Part shown: piece by piece, positions 12,501 through 22,582 of the stretch
How the letters are laid out: each line of letters begins with the position of its first letter
Numbering within the stretch: the first letter of the stretch is position 1
DNA from: Phaeosaccion multiseriatum
Lineage: Eukaryota; Protista; Ochrophyta, other classes
Assembly (NCBI GenBank): GCA_965112735.1
Contig: OZ218956.1
Coordinates: 2,604,001 to 2,668,000 of the forward strand
Length of the DNA: 64,000 nucleotides
Reading direction: 5' to 3'
Made by a program: the position numbers and the translations under genes
The notes under the pieces: generated by a model
What the model was told of the DNA's origin: nothing
The model's database searches: none
What the model saw: the letters and a program-made list of their open reading frames with translations, nothing else

Positions 12501-14180
12501 AAGAACGGCAGCACGAGCAAGAGGAGAAGGTTGGACAAGGTAAAGAGGAAGAGGATTCAAGGAGTTGACGGAGGAGAGGGCGGGGACGGACATCTGATGT
12601 ACATGCAGCTCCACAAGCAGTGGGAGGAGGACGGCGCGCATGAGGCCTTTGAAGCACCGGCGAGGAGCAAGATGGGCTTCATCAATGCCATCCTCAGGCA
12701 CTCCAAGGACGGTGGAGATGCGATGGATGTGGAGAAGGCCTACTGGGGAGCATCGACCCAGACCCAAACACAGGCAGTAGAGGAGAAGGGGCACACGCAG
12801 ATGCAACAGCTGCAGCAGGCGCAGGAGCAGCAGCAGCAGCGAGAGGGGCAGAGGAGTCAGCTGAATCAAGCCGGTGGAAAGAGGAGCAACAACAGCGACG
12901 ATAGTAGCGACAGTAGCAGGGAGGAGGACGAAGACGAAGATGACGACGAGGAGGAGGAGCTCGAGCTGTCTCTACACCGCAGAGGGCGGAGGACTGAGGA
13001 GAAGCAGCCCTCGCCTCAGCAGCAGCAGCAGCAGCAGCAACAGGAGCGGGCACTACAGGGGCATGGCATAGGTCGAGGCCGCCAGGGTCAGGGTCAGGGA
13101 CCGGAGCAGCGAGGAGAGCGGACACCGGACAAAGCCTTGACATGGGAGGAGCGCGGCTGGCAGGGGACTCCGGGGGGAAGGGGAGGAGGAGGAGGAGGAG
13201 GAGGAGGAGGAGGAGGAGGAGGAGGAGGAGGAGGAGGAGGAGGAGGAGGAGGAGGAGGAGGAGGAGGAGGAGCCCAAACAAGCACGAGCAGCGGCGGCGC
13301 CTCTCCTCGCTACGACGTCGAAAGTGGCGGGGAAAAGGGCGCCCCTTCATCATCCGTAGGGCGAACGGGTGGTCAGCAACAGACGCAGCGGTCGATGCCT
13401 GTGCTTACAGGGAGGCAGGGCGGCCCGATGAGCGGTGGGGGCAGCTTCAACGGTAAGGGCTTCAAGCCACCGCGACCCACGCAGCAGCACCAGCAGAACT
13501 CTGACGAAGGAGAGCCCCCCACGCGCTCCAAAGGAGTTCCCCGCCTCTGGGCTATGGCGACTGTGGACCCCCCTTTGCCGGCTGCTGCTCCTGCCCCTGC
13601 TCCACCTGCTGCTGCTCCTGCTGCTGCTCCTGCTGCTGCTGCTCCTTCCTCTTCGGCTGCTGCCCCCCCCCCTTTGAGGGTTTTAGAGCCGCATTCATCG
13701 TCGCGAAGCAGCAGTAGAGCAGCGCAGCCCCCCTTGGAGGAGGCCGCTAACAAACCCGCCTTGACCGCGGAGGTTCGAGCGAGGATAGCGGCCAATCGAC
13801 TCCAGGCCTTGGAGAAGCGGAGGCAGCACCAGCAGCAGCAGCAGCGGCAGCAGCGGCAGCCGCATCACCTGAAGCAGGCTTCCCCGGGGTGCTTGGGGCG
13901 TGCTCATGCTGCGAACAACGGGAACTGGTGTGGGGGTGGAGGTGGTGGCGTTACAGGCTTTGGCTTTGTTGCGGCGTCTCGGGTCGGCTCCTCAGTCGCA
14001 GTAGGAGGAAGCGCGGCAGTGGGCGGAAGCGCAGCAGCAGGAGGAGGAGCATCGGCAGAAGAAGGAGCAGCAGGAGGAAGAGGAGAAGGAGGAGGGCAGA
14101 AAGCGGTGCGGCCGGGGGGGAAGGAGAACGGACGGAAGGGGGGTGGAGGGGGCGGGAGCCAGGATCCGCGCTGCCGCTGA
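1814..14180 (+). CDS. FANCM: FANCM/Mph1-family DEAH helicase, about 3719 aa, 6 exons (1814-2962, 3086-3274, 3578-3832, 4190-4756, 5024-5248, 5406-14180)
   Basis: TWVYPSNYPIREYQ, NTLVVLPTGLGKT, YNFYRWFP, DEAH, LSATPG, HPKL, IIFTQFR, ATCIAEEGLDIGEVD and QRMGRT|GR are all present. All introns are GT-AG and phase 0. The C-terminal part has a FANCM MM3-like motif (FDEEA...FIND...MYM). Confidence 0.93.
1868..1927 (+). other. RanBP2-type zinc finger at the FANCM N-terminus
   Basis: WTCSSCDSSNSAGRFQCIKC fits W-x-C-x2-C-x3-N-x6-C-x2-C exactly. Confidence 0.85.
10791..11693 (+). other. PZP module (PHD, Zn knuckle, extended PHD) within FANCM
   Basis: CMVC...IIFCDGPGC...HRYCYGV...PEGDWLCDVC; CELC...GGAMK...WAHLLC...IPE; CSLC...QC...C...HPYC...FCPEH. 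This is the BRPF/JADE/AF10-type pattern. Confidence 0.88.
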
Positions 14181-14737
14181 CAAGTCAAGTCACGCACAGG
14201 CTGACTACGTGCAGCCGCAAATGAGCCTGCACCGGGCACACGCCCCTTTTTTCTGATGATGGGTGTACTTACCTGCTTGATGTGCCCTCACATAACACCC
14301 TCCCCTCTTCTGATGAGATACTACTCACACAAAAAAAAATCCAACAAAATACACACACAATCGCTCCGCAGTCTGGCCCGCGGCCGCAACAGATAATCCT
14401 AAAAGGGCAGAATTCAGCAGCTGGCTATATAAGCAACCAATGACCAGACGTACTACAGTCCATCAAAATCAGTGTGTGTGTGCAAAGACGCATTCACGCT
14501 GGTGCGTGGCATCAGCCTAGAGAAAGGGCCCAAGCTGCGGAGCAGGCCAAGCACAAAGCAGAAATAAAGGGCTCAACTTAGAAAAAGAAGGGCCGTCCAT
14601 TGCAAGGAAAGGGGAAAAGGAGGAGGGGCAGGAGAAGGAGAAAGGGGACCGGTAGAGGAGGAAAGAAACCGCAGAAGAGCGAAAGATAAAGATTCTTTGG
14701 TCGGCCGGCTGAGCGATGGCACTGGACAACTCTCACG

Positions 14738-14805
14738 ATGACGAGCATCCCAAGCAACGGCTCCGGTGGCGAATCCCCCGCAGCAGCAGCAGAAGCACCA
14801 CCACG

Positions 14806-14840
<35 letters not shown>

Positions 14841-15197
14841 GCAGCAGCAGCAGCAGCAGGAGGAGGAGGAGGAGGAGGAGGAGGAGCAGTGGCGGAGAAT
14901 CGGTGCGTATAGCTATTTGGTCCTATCTACTGCTGCTGCTGCTGCTGCTCATTACAACGAGCCTACAGGCCTGCTGATGGACGACCCCTCCCATCCTCTT
15001 CAGCCCCCTCCGGAACTATGCATGTATACATCTAATGGATCTTTCCTTTCTCTCCCTTGCTCCCTCCTCTTGGATGCTTTCGATGTGCAAAAGTTCTTCA
15101 AGAGCACCAGCCTGTGCCAAGGCTTCTGGGCTACGTCTCCGCGCACTTTCACCTGAATGCCGTCCTGCATCCGGCCTACACCACGCCCGTGCCTACT
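14738..15197 (+). pseudogene. Truncated copy A of the orphan gene at 18375 (5' part only)
   Basis: Paralogous to about 18375-18800, with RLLGYVSAHFHLNAVLHPAYTTPV versus RLLGYVSAHFHPNAFLHPAFTTPV. It carries a 4-bp insertion and is cut at the duplication junction. Confidence 0.6.
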
Positions 15198-17648
15198 AGG
15201 ATAGGACCCAAACTCAACCTAGGGAGCCCCCTATCCGCGCCAAGCCCCGAGGAAGAGGAGGACCGAAGAGGGGCATAGGAGGCCCGGTGGACCCACCAGC
15301 TCCTCCGCAGCAGCGACGGCGGCAGGAGATCCGCGAGGAGGCGACGGAAGCTCTACGAGAGGAGACGCACAGGCACACGAGGAGGAGCCGAGCGCATGTC
15401 GAGCATGTGGGGCCATACCAAATCGGTCGCCCCAGGCGCAGAGCTGTTGCGGCGTTAGCGGGGCGGCGTTCAGCTTGAGCCAGAGCCAACCACCGCCACC
15501 GCCACCCGCTGCCGCTACTCCTGCTGCTGCTTCTCCTGCTTCTCCTGCTGCTGCTCCTGCTACTCCTGCTGCTGCTTGTCCGATTCGTCCAACGGCACTT
15601 TCTTCTCGCGCTCGGGATGACCACAACCATGGCCGAGTGGGAGTGGAGCGGCACAGCAGGGGGGTGGCATCGGAGTGGGTGGGGAAGAGCTCAAAGAGCC
15701 CTCCACAGCTGCGGCAAGATCCGCGAGAGAGGCCCCTTTGATGTTGCTTGCACAGTGGTGGCGACAGCGACAGTCAGCGGCCGAGGGCGGGGGGGGGGGG
15801 AGGAGCAGCAGCCGCCTAGGGCGGTCCATGGGCGAGAGGAGGACGTGAACCCAAGACGTAAAGAGGGCGAAGTGGGCTCGCAGGGAGGGAAGCGAAGAAG
15901 GGTGGACGAGGAGGGGGAGAAGGAAGAGAAGGGGAAGGAGGACGTTCAAGCCGGCGAGGACACCGAGGATGAGGAGGAAACGGAAGAGAATTCGGAATGC
16001 GCAATGTTAGGTGTTCAAGCGCTCCGCAGGCAGCAGCGGGAACGCCGCCAGGACAAGGAGAAGGTGACGATGGTGGAGCGTGGTGGCGATGGGGAGGAGG
16101 TCGTAGAGGAGGAACAGAGCGCGCAGTTGACATCTACTCCGGTGCAGCAGGTGAAGGTAAATCACGGGGCCAAGAAGGGCAAGGCCGTCCATGTCGATGG
16201 CGAGAAGGAGGAGAGCAAAGCGAAGGGTGTGGAGGAGGAGGAGGCGAGGGAGACTGCCCCTGCTGTGAACGCGACGCTCTTCCCTCTCGCCTTTCATGGG
16301 GGTGAAGAGCCTGGTCGAGAGGACGAAACGAAGGTGTTTGGAGAGGGGGGGGGGGGAGGAGGAAGCCTGTCACCAGCAGCAGGATGAGGAGCAGGAGCAG
16401 GGCCTTCCTGTTTCCGCAACCACCCGGCCTCCTCTGCTGGACCAAGAGCAAGACCAAGGCCAGGGCCAAGCTGAGCGTGGTGGGTGGGAACGTGAGAGGC
16501 TACGGCAAAGAGCGTGTGCGCCACAGCTTCAGCAGCAACTCGTGATACACCAGCAGCAGTTTGGAGCCTCCTTCACCAACGACCTTCACCCTCACGACCC
16601 CCTCGAAGGTGGTGACTTACGGCAGCAGCTCACGGGGGAGGGGGAGGGAGGGCGGCTGGGGCGGGCTGGGGTTGTTGTGACTAGGGAGGGCAGCAGCGGT
16701 GATTGCGGTCAAGATGAGGATAAAGGGGAGGCTGGAAGTGAGAAGGAGAGTGTTAGGTGGATGGCGCAGGAGAAGGAGGGGGAGGGGGTAATACGAAGAG
16801 GCAACGAGAAAAAGGAGCAAGAGGAGGAGGAGGAGGAGGAGGAGGAGGAGGAGGAGGAGGAGGAGGAGGAGGAGGAGGAGCCCAAACAAGCACGAGCAGC
16901 GGCGGCGCCTCTCCTCGCTACGACGTCGAAAGTGGCGGGGGAAAGGGCGCCCCTTCATCATCCGTAGGGCGAACGGGTGGTCAGCAACAGACGCAGCGGT
17001 CGATGCCTGTGCTTACAGGGAGGCAGGGCGGCCCGATGAGCGGTGGGGGCAGCTTCAACGGTAAGGGCTTCAAGCCACCGCGACCCACGCAGCAGCACCA
17101 GCAGAACTCTGACAAAGGAGAGGCCCCTACGCGCTCCGAAAAAGTTCCCCGCCTCTGGGCTATGGCGACTGTGGACCCCCCTTTGCCGGCTGCTGCTCCT
17201 GCCCCTGCTCCACCTGCTGCTGCTGCTCCTTCCTCTTCGGCTGCTGGGGCCTGCCCCCCCCCCTTTGAGGGTTTTAGAGCCGCATTCATCGTCGCGAAGC
17301 AGCAGTAGAGCAGCGCAGCCCCCCTTGGAGGAGGCCGCTAACAAACCCGCCTTGACCGCGGAGGTTCGAGCGAGGATAGCGGCCAATCGACTCCAGGCCT
17401 TGGAGAAGCGGAGGCAGCGCCAGCAACAGCAGCAACAGCAGCAGCAGCGGCAGCATCAGCAGCGGCAGCCGCATCACCTGAAGCAGGCTTCTCCGGGGTG
17501 CTTGGCTGGGGCGTGCTCATGCTGCGAACAACGGGAACTGTGGGGGTGGAGGTGGAGGTGGTGGCGGCTTTGGCTTTGGCTTTGTTGGCTGCGCGCGGCG
17601 TCTCGGGTCGGCTCCTCAGTCGCAGTAGGAGGAAGCGCGGCAGCAGGA

Positions 17649-17681
<33 letters not shown>

Positions 17682-17858
17682 AGCAGCAGCAGCAGCAGGA
17701 TGAAGAGGAGGAGCGAGGAAGAGGGCAGAAAGCGGTGCGGCCGGGGCGGGGGGAAGGAGAACAGACGGATGAGGGGCGGAGGGGGCGGGAGCCAGCCAGC
17801 CACGATCCTCGCTGCCGGTCACAAGTCAAGTCACAGGCTGACTACGGGCAGCCGCAAT
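15198..17858 (+). pseudogene. Frameshifted, internally deleted tandem duplicate of the FANCM terminal exon
   Basis: 15198-16860 aligns with 6622-8300, and 16860-17858 aligns with about 13260-14230. Several indels break the frame. Confidence 0.88.
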
Positions 17859-18374
17859 GAGCCTGCCACGAGCGAGATGCATCCAGTCAATCTGGTGGGA
17901 GGTGGAGAGCGCCTTCATCCCGCATGCCCGCTGTATTCTGCTCAAACAGCTCCTCAGCGCGGAAGAAAAAAACAAGCCGACTTTATTTTTGCTTTGCTAT
18001 TATTTATTATTTCCCCCTAAAAAACGAAATCCCCCCTGAAAAAAAATTAAACCCTTTGCCCTACACCCTACACAGTGTGGCAAAGCCACCACGCCCCCCT
18101 GTCTGCGTGCGTGCGTAATAGCACGGACAGTGCAACAAGAGAAAGGGCCCTTCCTGGCTGCGCCAACGTAAGAAGAACAAAGCAGAAGTAAAGCAAGGGC
18201 GAGCGTAGTATGAATGCCGGTCCATTGCAGGGGGCCACTGCTGCATTGCAAGCGCAAAAGGAGGAGGAGGACAAGGCAGGGGACCGGTAGGGAGCAGCCA
18301 AAGAAACGGGAACCGCAGAAGAGCGAAAGATTCTTTGGTCGGCTGGCTGATGGCACTGCTGGACAACTTCCACG

Positions 18375-19011
18375 ATGACGAGCATCCCAACGGCTCCGGT
18401 GGCGAGTCCCCCGCAGCAGCAGCAGACGCACCACCACCAGCAGCAGGAGCAGCAGCAGCAGCACCACCACCAGCAGCAGGAGCAGCAGCAGGAGGAGGAG
18501 GAGGAGGAGGAGTGGCCGGGAATCGGTGCGTTTGGCCCTGCTATACGATGCTGCTGGCTGCTGCTTATTATCGCGAGCCTACAGGGCTGTTGTTGGGCTA
18601 CCCCTCCCGCCCTCTTCAACCCCCTCCGGAACTATGCGTACCTCTTATGGATCTTTCCTTTCTCTCCCTTGCTTCCTCCGCTCTTCCTTCTTCAATGTGC
18701 AAAAGTTCTTCAGGACAACCAGCGGCAAGGCTTCTGGGCTACGTCTCAGCGCACTTTCATCCGAATGCCTTCCTGCATCCGGCCTTCACAACGCCCGTGT
18801 CAACAATGGCGCTAGGGGCCGCTCAGCCAGCAGACCCGGCGGCACAGGCAACAACAGATATTGAGGAGTGTCTCGCTGCTGGGGTCGCTGATGCTGATGA
18901 TGCTCAGCATGGCTACAGCATCCTCTACTGTCCCGTCGTTCCTATAGTACAAGCCCCCGCAGCCCTAAGAGCAGAAGCAGCGACAATAATAGCAGGAGCC
19001 ATAGCAGAAGG

Positions 19012-19055
<44 letters not shown>

Positions 19056-20037
19056 GAGGAGGAGGAGGAGGAGGAGGAGGAGGAGGAGGAGGAGGACGAG
19101 GAGGAGGAGGACGAGGAGGAGGACGAGGAGGAGGAGGAAGAGGAAGAGGACGAGGACGAGGACGAGGAGGAGGAGGAGGAGGAGGAGGAGGAAGAGGAGG
19201 AGGAGGAGGAGAAGGAGGAGGAGGAGGAGGAGGAGGAGGAGGAGGAGAAGGAGGAGGAGGAGGAGAAGAAGAGGCAAGAAAGAAGAAGAAGAAGAAGAAG
19301 AAGAAGAAGAAGAAGAAGAAGAAGAAGAAGAAGAAGAAGAAGAAGAAGAAGAAGAAGAAGAAGAAGAAGAAGAAGAAGAAGAAGAAGAAGAAGAAGAAGA
19401 AGAAGAAGAAGAAGAAGAAGAAGAAGAAGAAGAAGAAGAAGAAGAAGAAGAAGAAGAAGAAGAAGAAGAAGAAGAAGAAGAAGAAGAAGAAGAAGAAGAA
19501 GAAGAAGAAGAAGAAGAAGAAGAAGAAGAAGAAGAAGAAGAAGAAGAAGAAGAAGAAGAAGAAGAAGAAGAAGAAGAAGAAGAAGAAGAAGAAGAAGAAG
19601 AAGAAGAAGAAGAAGGAGGAGGAGGAGGAGGAGGAGGAGGAGGAGGAGGAGGAGGAGGAGGAGGAGGAGGAGGAGGAGGAGGAGGAGGAGGAGGAGGAGG
19701 AGGAGGAGGAGGAGGAGGAGGAGGAGGAGGAGGAGGAGGAGGAGGAGGAGGAGGAGGAGGAGGAGGAGGAGGAGGAGGAGGAGGAGGAGGAGGAGGAGGA
19801 GGAGGAGGAGGAGGAGGAGGAGGAGGAGGAGAAGGAGGAGGAGGAGGAGGAGGAGGAGGAGGAGGAGGAGGAGGAGGACGATGCCCTGCAGCGTCTGCTC
19901 AGACCACAGCAGCGGCTTCGCAGCCACAGCACCATGGCGACGAACAACGACGTGGCCCGGCGAGCCGGGGGCAGCGAGAAGGCCAAAACGGCCACGCCAA
20001 CAGCCACCTCGACAACAGCAGCAACAACGTGCACATC

Positions 20038-20077
<40 letters not shown>

Positions 20078-20406
20078 GTAACACCCACGCTCCAGTCTCT
20101 GAGGCAGGAAGAAGCCTGTCGCGCGCCCCGCCCCTTCCACCCACCAGCATCATCACCTCGACCACGACCACCACCACCACCGGGCTCTCATCCGCTCCGC
20201 GCTGGCTCGGCACCCACCCCAGGGGGGGCGGGGAGTCGGTCGCAGCTGCTGGCAGCGGCTGTGACGAGGCGACGACAGCGCCCTGCCCTGGGCCGTCTTT
20301 CATCCCTCAAATAGGAGACGGCCAGGAAGACAGAGCTGGCAACGAACACTGGAGCGACGTACTGCAGCAGCAGCAAGAGCAACAGGAGCAATTGGACCAG
20401 TTGGTG

Positions 20407-20438
<32 letters not shown>

Positions 20439-20811
20439 AGAGCAGCAGGAGCAGGAGGAACTCGGAAGCCTGAGCCCTACAATAGGCTCGGCAGAGCACC
20501 GCAAGACTACTGCAAGCGTCATCTCCACTGCTACTGCCACCACTGCCACCCCTTCTGGCACTACTCAGGCTGGCACCACCACCGACGGGGCGAGCGGCTC
20601 GGACGGGGACGGGTCAGCAGCAGCAGTGAGGGTGGGTAGCAGTCTGCCCGGTACGCCCTTCTGCAGCTCCTCTGACACGCACACGCCCACGCATGACACG
20701 CACGCATGCGCGCGCACCTCCACACCACCGTCGTCGGACAACAGTCCCCCTAACAAAAGACCCAGGGGGGCATCACTCTCGTCGCCGGACTCCGCCACAA
20801 GACGCTGCTAA
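18375..20811 (+). CDS. Orphan low-complexity protein gene, possibly a pseudogene (frameshift near 19280)
   Basis: A plausible intron lies at 18526-18713 (GTGCGT...CTTCAG). The conserved block shared with copy A includes synonymous changes. The 3' part reads best in the 20029-20811 frame, which needs a frameshift at the start of the GAA run. Confidence 0.35.
19052..19877. repeat. Compound purine microsatellite (GGA)n-(GAA)~110-(GAG)~85
   Basis: Directly visible; about 0.8 kb of almost pure purine on the + strand. Confidence 0.97.
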
Positions 20812-20896
20812 AGCTGGAGAGAGAGAGAGTGCGCGACGGACGAGTGAGATTGCAGCCGCTGCCTACTTCTTGCTTCTGAGGTGGGGGGATTATTTC

Positions 20897-20924
20897 ATTG
20901 ACTTACAGGAATCAACCTAAGAAT

Positions 20925-20961
<37 letters not shown>

Positions 20962-22050
20962 GTGGAGGGCCCGCTAGGGGCCCTTTTTACTCTCCCCCGT
21001 GGCCGAAGAGGGGAAGGGGAAGCGTTTGTCCGGCGCCGTGGTTGAGCCGTCCCAGGAAGGCACGCTCTCGCTTCGAGAGCAAGCCACATCTGATGAGGGA
21101 TGGGATGGGATGGCTGCAGCTGATGAGGCGTCGAAGTTTAAAGTGTGATTGGATAGGACAGGACCCTTGGTGGTGGAAGAGCCGGTGCGCCCGGTGCAGG
21201 TGACGACGTGCTCGGCTATGGTGTGTAGAAGGGATTGTACCAGTGCGCTGAGTCGTCCGTGGGTCTCGGTGGCGAAGGTGCTAGAAGGTGGTGAGGCGCA
21301 TTACCTCGGGGTCGTAGGTGCTGGCGTAGTGCTGCTCCTTGCGGGTCTCGCTGGCTGCTGCTGCCGCTCCAGGCCTGAAGTCCGTGTGGAGCACATTCAA
21401 GGCCGTCCTGCAAATGCTGTTCCTCAGGGTGAAATCTGTCATGTGCGCCTTGTGGGCGTGTGCTGGGTCGCCGGCGGGCGCCAGAGAGAGTGCCGCGGCG
21501 GAAGATGGCGTCCATGCGGTATGTCCCCGCCATGTTGTACGGGGGAAGGAAGTATCCCGAAGCCCTCGTGTCCGACGCCGGGGACGAACCTCTTCTTGAA
21601 CATGTCCTCGATGGAGGGCAGCATGCCGGTGTGGTAGGTGGTCGATTGGTTGGGGCACTGACTGCGTGGCGTTGAAGGAGTCGGCGCGGGTGTTGCAGCG
21701 GGAGCAGACGAGTGCGTCAGGCCCGCCTGGTCCGTACGGGCAGTTGATGCCGAGGGAGCGTCGTAGGGTCCCAACCATGTCTATGGCCGGCATGAAGACT
21801 CGTCCGGGGGAGGTGGCGATGAAGCTCATCGCGCCGGGGCTGTCTTGGCTATTGTAGGGCGCCTTGCCTTGCTGCCGGCTGGGCTCCATGCCGGTGTCGG
21901 CCGCTGTCGCGTCGTCGGGGAGCGTCTCCGGCGAGTCTCGAAAGGCAGCGCGTCGCTGTGGGGCGAGGGCCTTCTGGAGGGTGCGTTACCATATGAGGTG
22001 GCGTGGGGGTGGCGAGCGGGGCGCACGCGAAGGAGTTGCTTTACTTGCTT
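20897..22050 (-). mobile_element. 5'-truncated, degenerate non-LTR retrotransposon with CCHC knuckle and restriction-like endonuclease (CRE/R2-group-like)
   Basis: Frame-joined translation: SQDSPGAMSF...LRRSLG...CSRC...HAVxCP...YH...YRMDAIF...HMTDFTL...GAAAAASETRKEQHY...FATETHGRL. A 3' UTR and a (CA)n run follow. The RT core is absent and there are several frameshifts. Confidence 0.72.
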
Positions 22051-22109
22051 TGCTTCGCGCCTTCCTCGAAGCACAAGGCAATAACAGGGTGAACAGGGGG
22101 CATGGCTGC

Positions 22110-22137
22110 TGGAGAATGAAATACATGTATTGTATTT

Positions 22138-22169
<32 letters not shown>

Positions 22170-22340
22170 ATACTACGAAGTATATATATATGATATCTAT
22201 GATGTAATATATATAATCATTTATTTCTACTTCATTTCTGTACGCTGTGTCAAACAGTGTAGCACCCCTCATCGTGTATGTGCATAAGAACGATGCGATA
22301 TACATACATGATACAAAAGTAAGGTACATACATACAGACA
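22110..22340. repeat. AT-rich (TA)n island
   Basis: Sharp drop in GC with TA runs, between the retroelement 5' end and the 3' end of the neighbouring gene. Confidence 0.8.
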
Positions 22341-22393
22341 CTACAGACGCTGACCAGCGAACAGAGAGGGAGTGCTCATGACCCTATACCATA

Positions 22394-22551
22394 TTATTCT
22401 TTGCAATATGAGTGGCTCACGTCCATAATGTGGTCGATGAACGCTAGCTCCTCCTTCTCCTCCGACGCGCTCTGCCGCCGCTGCTGTAGACCATATGACT
22501 GCTGCTGCCACTGCGTGAGGACCGGAGTGATGGCCCTAACCGTGTGGCCAG

Positions 22552-22582
<31 letters not shown>

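Noticed and set aside
5427-14180. Stand-alone 2917-aa PHD protein
   Set aside because: It starts at GTG just after a good acceptor (AACAG, 5405), splices in frame to the helicase exons, and contains a FANCM MM3-like motif.
15198-17858. Functional alternative last exon of FANCM
   Set aside because: It has multiple frameshifts and no acceptor at its start.
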